Assembly (NCBI RefSeq): GCF_006345805.1 | Contig: NC_043000.1 | Coordinates: forward strand, 63,922,001-63,986,000 | Origin: Octopus sinensis | Taxonomy: Eukaryota | Direction of reading: 5' to 3' | Length of the DNA stretch: 64,000 bases | Shown here: in pieces, positions 63,781 to 64,000 of the stretch | Numbering within the stretch: position 1 is the first letter of the stretch | How the letters are laid out: each line of letters starts with the position of its first letter | Position numbers and translations under genes: made by a program | Notes under the pieces: generated by a model | Seen by the model: the letters and a program-made list of their open reading frames with translations, nothing else | Database searches by the model: none | What the model was told of the DNA's origin: nothing

Positions 63781-64000
63781 AATCAAACTAAAGTATAATA
63801 TAATAATTAAATCGTAACATAACAGTTAAAAGTAAAAATAGCAATTGGTATAAAATTGCATCAATGACTTGAACTTGAATAAGTGGTTTCACATGAATGG
63901 GAATAAATAAAAAATAAAATTTAAGTGCAGAAACGGAATAGTCCAGATGGAGCTGTTCACATACCCTTTACCACGGCTTTTACATTAGATTATCTGCTAA

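Overview
AT-rich animal DNA made almost entirely of transposon debris and microsatellites. The SINE/MITE repertoire points to a cephalopod (Octopus-like) genome; this is inference, not a database result. No intact host gene, tRNA, rRNA or CRISPR array is recognisable. Supported elements: a decayed hAT (SPIN/Buster-like) transposase; three Penelope-like elements (PLEs) with RT/GIY-YIG remnants; two Tc1/mariner relics (DD37D maT-like and DD34D); two Merlin (IS1595/ISXO2-like) transposons plus 8-bp-TSD MITEs; piggyBac-type TTAA MITEs; Helitron/Helentron pieces; RTE LINE fragments; and more than 25 SINE copies. The most interesting structures are: (1) a PLE with inverted ~0.7-kb pseudo-LTR arms, each carrying a hammerhead-ribozyme-like motif with a non-canonical CUGAUGC core (23.0-25.2 kb); (2) a 1.65-kb spacer-less palindrome with mirror SINEs (27.1-28.8 kb); (3) a Neptune-type PLE whose 3' region holds a 1.2-kb alternating purine/pyrimidine array before its hammerhead (44.6-47.5 kb); (4) a Merlin cluster linking a transposase-bearing copy to GGATCTTTTC MITEs with telomere-like repeats (50-62.5 kb); (5) a sharp CpG step at ~52.6 kb suggesting that the left 52 kb is a methylated gene body whose exons I can only tentatively place. 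Most ORFs in the supplied track are microsatellite or SINE artefacts. Boundaries without TSD/TIR support are approximate, and percent identities are visual estimates.
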